Source: Vicinamibacterales bacterium
GTDB lineage: Bacteria; Acidobacteriota; Vicinamibacteria; Vicinamibacterales; UBA8438
NCBI GenBank assembly: GCA_937766455.1
Contig: CALLXD010000005.1
Coordinates: 6,364-70,363, forward strand
DNA: 64,000 bases
Reading direction: 5' to 3'
The notes below the pieces were generated by a model, which did not search any database, was not told where the DNA came from, and was given only the letters and a program-made list of their open reading frames with translations. Of this stretch, positions 58,387-64,000 are shown in pieces (within the stretch, counting starts at the first letter, position 1; every line of letters begins with the position of its first letter). The position numbers were made by a program, and so were the translations under genes.

Positions 58387-59944
58387 GTACCAGGCGGAGG
58401 TCGCGGCCGGTCATCTCTGGCGGCTGCTCTAATCCCAGTATCGCCAGCATCGTGGGCGCGACGTCGCGGAGAGACCCATCGCGCATGGGCATGTCAGCCC
58501 TCACGTCTGGCCCCATGAGTATGACCGGGACCGGGTTGGTCGTGTGCGCAGTGTGCGGACCGTTGCGCGCGGGGTCCCACATCTGCTCAGCGTTCCCATG
58601 GTCAGCCGTAATGATTACCGTGGCGCGTGCGCTCTTGGCCGCGGTCATGATGCGGGCCAGGCACCGGTCCAACGTCTGGACGGCGGCGACGGTCGCCTCG
58701 ATGTTGCCAGTGTGTCCCACCATATCCGCGTTCGCGAAGTTGCAGATCACCACATCGTGACGCCGCTCGTTCAGATCCGCCACGAGGTGGTCGGTGATGC
58801 CAGCGGCGCTCATTTCAGGCTGTAGGTCGTAGGTTGGCACGGTAGGCGAGGGCACCAATATTCGTTCCTCGCCGCTCGCGGGGCGTTCTTCTCCGCAGTT
58901 GAAGAAGTAGGTCACGTGTGCGTACTTCTCCGTTTCGGCCAGTCGTAGATTGGTGCGGCCGTGGATCGTCAGGACATCAGCCAGGCTGGCGGAGAACGTG
59001 GCCGGCTCAAAGACGACCGGGAGACCGAACGTGGCGTCATACTCGGTCAGTGTCGCCACCCGAAGCGCGGGCGGCTCGACACGGTCGAATCCGTTGAAGT
59101 CCGCAAAGGCCAAGGCCCGCGTCAGCTGGCGCGCCCGGTCGGCCCGATAGTTGAAGAACAGCACAGCATCGTCGTCGCGCAGCAGGCCGACCGGAAGATC
59201 GTCCGCATCGGTCACGACGCAGGGCTCAATGAACTCATCGGTCGTTCCCTTGGCATAGGCCTGTTCGACCATGGCCACGGGGTCCCGGCCACGCTCGCCG
59301 AGACCTCGAGTCATGACGTCGTAGCCTCGCCGCGTGCGGTCCCACCGCTTGTCACGATCCATCGCGTGGTAGCGTCCGCAGATCGTCGCGATGCGTCCGA
59401 CCCCGGCGTCGGCGCACACATCCTGTAGCGTGCCCAGATAGCCCGCGCCGCCGGTGGGGGCCGTGTCGCGCCCGTCTGTGATGGCGTGAATGTAGACACG
59501 CGCGACACCGCGGTCGGCTGCCATCCGGATCAGCGCATGTAGGTGGCGCTGGTGGGCGTGTACGCCACCGTCCGACAGGAGCCCGACCAGGTGCAGGGCT
59601 CGATCGCCGCTCGTGCAGGAATCGAAGAGGCGATTCAACGTCTCATTCCTTGCGAGGTCGCCTCCCGCAATCGCCTGGTCGATACGGGTCAGGTCCTGGA
59701 ACACCACTCGCCCGGCGCCCAGGTTCATATGACCCACTTCGGAGTTGCCCATTTGGCCCGGCGGAAGTCCGACCGCCTCGCCGCAGGCGGTGAGGAGCGA
59801 TGAGGGATACCGCTCACGCAGCTCACGATAGACCGGTGTGTTGGCCTGCAGAATCGCGTTTCCGTCTCGCTCGGTGCTTTCGCCCCAGCCGTCGAGGACG
59901 ATGAGCACGAGAGGTGGCCCTGACTGGCTGTTGGCGTTGGACAT
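58382..59944 (-). CDS. gpmI: 2,3-bisphosphoglycerate-independent phosphoglycerate mutase
   Basis: LDGWG, GQMGNSEVGH, TDGRDT, MDRDKRW, AETEKYAHVT, ADMVGHTG, ADHGNAE, HTAHT. Confidence 0.97.
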   Translation of the reverse strand: MSNANSQSGPPLVLIVLDGWGESTERDGNAILQANTPVYRELRERYPSSLLTACGEAVGLPPGQMGNSEVGHMNLGAGRVVFQDLTRIDQAIAGGDLARNETLNRLFDSCTSGDRALHLVGLLSDGGVHAHQRHLHALIRMAADRGVARVYIHAITDGRDTAPTGGAGYLGTLQDVCADAGVGRIATICGRYHAMDRDKRWDRTRRGYDVMTRGLGERGRDPVAMVEQAYAKGTTDEFIEPCVVTDADDLPVGLLRDDDAVLFFNYRADRARQLTRALAFADFNGFDRVEPPALRVATLTEYDATFGLPVVFEPATFSASLADVLTIHGRTNLRLAETEKYAHVTYFFNCGEERPASGEERILVPSPTVPTYDLQPEMSAAGITDHLVADLNERRHDVVICNFANADMVGHTGNIEATVAAVQTLDRCLARIMTAAKSARATVIITADHGNAEQMWDPARNGPHTAHTTNPVPVILMGPDVRADMPMRDGSLRDVAPTMLAILGLEQPPEMTGRDLRLVP

Positions 59945-60207
59945 GACCGTTTCTGCGCTCCGTTCAGTGTGGTGCGTCTGCTGTTCGGCGTTGCTCAAGA
60001 CCCGCGCGCTTCATGCCCGCTGGCGCGACGGTGGCACGGACGCGTGGTTCGCGGTACGGCGCGGACCTTGCAACACCAGATGCTGTGGCCTAGCTCTCGG
60101 CAGCGGCGCACAGGGCTGCGGATGATACCACGTGCCTGCAAGTCGCCAGCAATGCCACGCGCGTCAGAAGTTCTGTTTTTGCAACTAATTAGGGAGAGTT
60201 CGTTCGA

Positions 60208-60237
60208 TTGACTTGTTCCCTGGGGGTCACCTATGAT
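60208..60237 (+). promoter_or_regulatory. Putative sigma70 promoter
   Basis: TTGACT-18 bp-TATGAT upstream of 60296 gene. Confidence 0.55.
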
Positions 60238-60295
60238 CCAACATGACTCGTTGTTCTTGTCGCCGACCACCACATTCAGAGGAGATACCCGCACC

Positions 60296-61327
60296 ATGAC
60301 GTCGATTGGTCGCCGCCGTCCTGCGTGGAATTCCCTCTGTGGCGCGCTGGCCGGTCTCACCCTCATCGCTGCTGTTGGACATGCCCAAGAGGGGCCCACT
60401 GAGGCGCAGCAGCAGGAGTATGTGGCGCTTGCCACGATCGTGGGGGCCGCCCTGCAAGGGCAAATCGTGCCAACCGGTGAGCCGTTCGGTTGGGCGAATG
60501 ACTTCCTGAAGAGTAGCGACCAGACCACATTCGTACCGTTCACCTTGTCCATCGAACGTACGAAAGTCTCCACGCCCCGCGTTGCGCTGTATATCTTCGT
60601 GTCCGAACGCGGCGCGACGGCGACTGTTGGGTCCGGGGGAGCGACTCAGCCTCCCATGCCGGTGTTTGAGGACGCGTATCACGTGGATCTCGGGGCTCCG
60701 AATGCGGATGGGTTCTACCAGGTCCGTCGCGGATTCTGGGCGCCGGCCGGCGAGTATGACGTGTACATCGCGCTGAGCGAGAGCGCCGTGGCTGAGGGGG
60801 CCGAACCCCAGAACCCGATGATGCTGAAGAAGCTCCTGTCGGTTCCGGACATGTGGTCCGACCAGCTCACGACGAGCACGGTGATGCTGGCTGCGCGGGT
60901 TGAGCCGCTCTCCGAGCCCCTCCCCCCCGAGCAGCAGTTGGCGAACCCGTACACGCTCGGCACGCTGCGGGTCGTTCCCAAGAGCACCGTCGACTATCTC
61001 ACCAGCGATGACCTCTCGATGGTGTTCCTTGTGTACAACGTGGGACTCACAGGGACCGGGATGCCTGACGTCAACATTGAGTACAGCTTCAGCACGCGAG
61101 GTGTCGCGGGCGACGAATTTTTCAATGTCACCAGTCCGCAAACGTTCAACGATGAGACCCTTCCGGCGGGTTTCGACTTTGCCGGCGGGCACCAACTGAT
61201 CGGGGGCCAGGCGGTCCCGTTGAGCGAGTTCCCAGTCGCCGACTATCGACTGGAGATCAAGGTCACTGACAACACGAACGGCGCGTCGCTGATTCACAAC
61301 GTGGATTTCACTGTGTCGGCGTCCTGA
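60296..61327 (+). CDS. Exported beta-rich hypothetical protein
   Basis: Signal peptide ending VGHA; FVPFTLSI, PAGEYDVYIAL, YRLEIKVTD; RBS GAGGAG. Confidence 0.8.
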   Translation: MTSIGRRRPAWNSLCGALAGLTLIAAVGHAQEGPTEAQQQEYVALATIVGAALQGQIVPTGEPFGWANDFLKSSDQTTFVPFTLSIERTKVSTPRVALYIFVSERGATATVGSGGATQPPMPVFEDAYHVDLGAPNADGFYQVRRGFWAPAGEYDVYIALSESAVAEGAEPQNPMMLKKLLSVPDMWSDQLTTSTVMLAARVEPLSEPLPPEQQLANPYTLGTLRVVPKSTVDYLTSDDLSMVFLVYNVGLTGTGMPDVNIEYSFSTRGVAGDEFFNVTSPQTFNDETLPAGFDFAGGHQLIGGQAVPLSEFPVADYRLEIKVTDNTNGASLIHNVDFTVSAS

Positions 61328-61376
61328 ACAGGCGTCAATACTGACCTATCGTCACGACACATCGAAGAGAGGCACT

Positions 61377-63298
61377 ATGCTCAGGTCTCCCCAGATGATC
61401 GTCGTCGCTGTCGTCGCTACCCTTGGGGGCGGCGCGTCCGCGGCGACCGCCGGACAACGAGCCGTGCGCGTGGCCGCGGACGGGGTCGTGGCCCCGCTGG
61501 AGGCGGCCATGGCGGCTGGTCGGATCGTGGGAGCCGTGGCCGACGGAGCGGGAAGACCATTGGGGGGCGTGATGGTCTCCGCATTCGGATCCTCCGGGTC
61601 CGAGCTGGCCTTATCGGACCGGACCGGGCGTTTTCTCTTGAGCGCGTTGGCGCCGGGCGACTATATGGTGCAAGCGCACCTTCCCGGTTTCGTGGCCTCA
61701 CCCCGGACGTTGGTCGCGGTGGCTGCCCGGACGCCGGCCCGGCATTCGATTACGTTGAACCGGGTGGGGCCGGAGGCCGCGGTAGAAGCCGTTCAGCCCA
61801 CCGTTGGTGTGTCCCGTTCGGGTCGCGGTCGAGAGGGAGCGTCGCAGGACGACACCGCGACCGACCACGAATCCGACAACGCGGCGAGTTCAGCACCGCA
61901 CGATCACAGCGAGAAAGCGTGGCGACTCCGCCGGGCCCGCCGGAGCGTCTTGAAGACGACGGACGCCTGGATCGGGGCCGCCAAGCCGGGGACCATCGGT
62001 GCCGGCGGCGTCGACGCGGTTGCCCTGGCGGCGAGGCGTGGTCTGTCGGCCGTGCGCTACACGCCGGGGCTGGCTGACTTGCCGCTGTCCGGGGAGGTCA
62101 ACCTGCTCACGCGCGGGCTGAACCTTCTCACCGGGGAGTCTCGACCAGCCAACATCGCGAACCTGGCGGTCGGCGCTCCGGCGTGGAACGGCGACTGGTT
62201 CGCCAAAGGCGCCATGACCACGGGGGTGGTCTCGTCCTGGATCGCGTCTGGCGCCTACGTATCGGACAACCGCGGTCCCCACCAGCTTGGTGTGACGGTC
62301 TCCTATGGTCGCCAGCAATACGAGGGCGGACACCCATCGGCCTTGAGCGTGGCCTCCGAGACCCGGTACGCCGCGGGTTTCGGAGTGACGGATGACTGGA
62401 CGGTCTCGCCGCACCTGTCGCTGGCACTGGGCGGTCAGTACGCCACCTACGGCTACATCGAGGAGAACGCGCTGTTCAACCCCCGCCTGGGGTTCACCTT
62501 GACGCCGATGTCTGGCACACGCGTCATCGTCGTCGCTTCGCAAGAGCACGTGGCGCCAGGTGCCGAGGAGTTCCTTCCACCGTCCCAGCCTGGGCTGTGG
62601 CTGCCGCCCGAGCGAACGTTCGCGGCGCTTTCTCCGGGCGGCGGGTTGCACCCCGAGCGAACACGCCATCTGGACGTCTCGCTGGAATTTGACCTCACGG
62701 AACGCTACGTCGTCGGGGTGCGTCGGTTCTATCAGGATGTGAGCGACCAGATGTCGACGCTGTTTGGGGTGGACGCGATCGGGCTTGCTCCGTTGGGGCA
62801 CTACGATGTGGCCCGAGCCGGTGCTGTGTCGAGCCGCGGCTGGGTGCTGACACTGAGGCGTGACCTGGGCGACCGCGTCACCGGGTGGGTCGACTACACC
62901 GTGGCTGAGGCTGATTGGTCACAGGCCGGCGCGGATGCCGGACTTCGGACCGCTGCGCCCGGAGCGGTTCGGCCCGCCCACGAACGTTTCCACGACATCA
63001 GTGGAGCAATCGAGACGGAGATTCCTGAAACGGCCACTCGTGTGTCCGTGCGCTGCCGTGTGAGTACAGCCTTCGCGCGCGCCGATGTCGACCAGCCTAT
63101 CGGGGGCTGATGCCAGGTTCGATGTCCGGGTTAACCAGGCGTTTGCCGTTTTCTCCCTTCGACGGCAGTCGCTGGGAGCTGCTGTTCGCGGTGCGCAGCC
63201 TCTTTTTTGAACCGCGCGACGTCGCGTCCATGTTTGACGAGCTGCTGGTGGCTCGCTCACCGAAACAGGTTGTCGGCGGTCTCGTCGTGCACTTCTAG
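61377..63298 (+). CDS. Carboxypeptidase-regulatory-like domain + TonB-dependent-receptor-like beta-barrel; two apparent +1 frameshifts (~63105, ~63143)
   Basis: GRIVGAV.D..GRPL, LAPGDYMVQAHLPGF; barrel strands NPRLGFTL, PERTRHLDV; C-terminus ...GGLVVHF in downstream frame. Confidence 0.75.
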
Positions 63299-63367
63299 TG
63301 CAGGGCGCTTGTGTCCTGCGCCACACAACCGCGTCCACTAACGTGAGGTTCCGAGGCATCGCCCCCG

Positions 63368-64000
63368 ATGATTCGTACGCCTGCCGCCCTGCTCGAACGT
63401 AGCCGCTGGAGGATCTGGGGGCCGCCCTCACTCGCGGTGGCTCTCGTGGCGGCGCTGATCTGCCTTGCCGCGGCGAATGTGGTGGTGCGGGCCAATTGGA
63501 ACGATGTGGTCGACGGCGTGCTGTGGGTTGATCGGGCCGGGGGCGTCACAGCCCTTGAGATCGGGCCCGGCGAGGCTGGTGAGGCTGCCGGTGTGCAAAT
63601 CGGCGACCTGCTCCTAGCCATTGATGGTAGCCCGGTCGATGTTGCCGCCGACGTCGTGGCCCACCTGCATGCCGGCCGCGTCGATGCCTTGCTGGCGTAC
63701 ACGCTGTTACGGCTTGGCGAACAGCAACTGTTGGAGGTCTCGCTGCAACCGGTACCGACCGGCCAGACGCAGATCTACTTCGTGCTGGTCGGTATCGGCG
63801 TCTTTACCCTGCTGGTCGGCGCGTCGGTGCGGTTGCGCCGACCGGGGAAGCAGGCGACGCTGCATTTCTTCTGGCTGAGCGTGGCGTTCTTCGGCGTGTT
63901 CGCGTTCTCGTTCAGTGGTCGTCTGGATCGGCTCGACTGGGTGTTCTATACGGCGGACGCGATCTCGATCCTGGTGCTCGCCCCGATGTTCGTGCATTTC
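63368..64000 (+). CDS. PDZ-containing multi-TM sensor protein (probably histidine kinase or PP2C phosphatase); truncated by window edge, absent from ORF track
   Basis: Manual translation: TM, DGVLWVDRAGGVTALEI...AAGVQIGDLLLAIDG (PDZ), then TMs YFVLVGIGVFTLLVG, ATLHFFWLSVAFF; output domain outside window. Confidence 0.75.
   Translation, partial: MIRTPAALLERSRWRIWGPPSLAVALVAALICLAAANVVVRANWNDVVDGVLWVDRAGGVTALEIGPGEAGEAAGVQIGDLLLAIDGSPVDVAADVVAHLHAGRVDALLAYTLLRLGEQQLLEVSLQPVPTGQTQIYFVLVGIGVFTLLVGASVRLRRPGKQATLHFFWLSVAFFGVFAFSFSGRLDRLDWVFYTADAISILVLAPMFVHF

Noticed and set aside
63095-63115. TGA at 63108-63110 as a second Sec codon
   Set aside because: No redox motif or hairpin; downstream homology is in another frame and is explained by an extra G in the G5 run

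Overview
GC-rich bacterial chromosomal region. Gene families and protein style suggest Acidobacteriota, probably Vicinamibacterales (inference). It carries thrH, a GGDEF protein, a sufBCDS-sufU-sufT operon with an IscR/Rrf2-type operator, a Na+/solute symporter, and an unusual heme-copper oxidase operon (order I-III-IV-two small ORFs-II). Further along are CopA with tandem YHS domains, several peptidases, a stand-alone soxCD-like pair, an oxidoreductase-SelD fusion cluster, DUF1015-serC, pcnB, polA, an HTH-TonB/FxLYD/VWA/ZIP cluster, ino1, a split methylmalonyl-CoA mutase, gpmI and outer-membrane/signalling genes. I saw no rRNA, tRNA, CRISPR array or transposase. Main signals: (1) a hidden selenoprotein, a two-domain disulfide oxidoreductase with in-frame UGA at UPHC plus a SECIS-like hairpin, with selD in the same window; (2) an A-type oxidase subunit I lacking the K-channel lysine; (3) a near-consensus sigma70 promoter overlapped by tandem NrdR-like boxes driving a 101-aa hypothetical protein rather than a ribonucleotide reductase; (4) a 52-bp inverted-repeat element with a 5-bp direct repeat containing the stop codons of both flanking genes. 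About seven genes are broken by +1 insertions in short homopolymers, most likely sequencing/assembly errors. All calls come from manual reading and motif recognition; no database searches were run.
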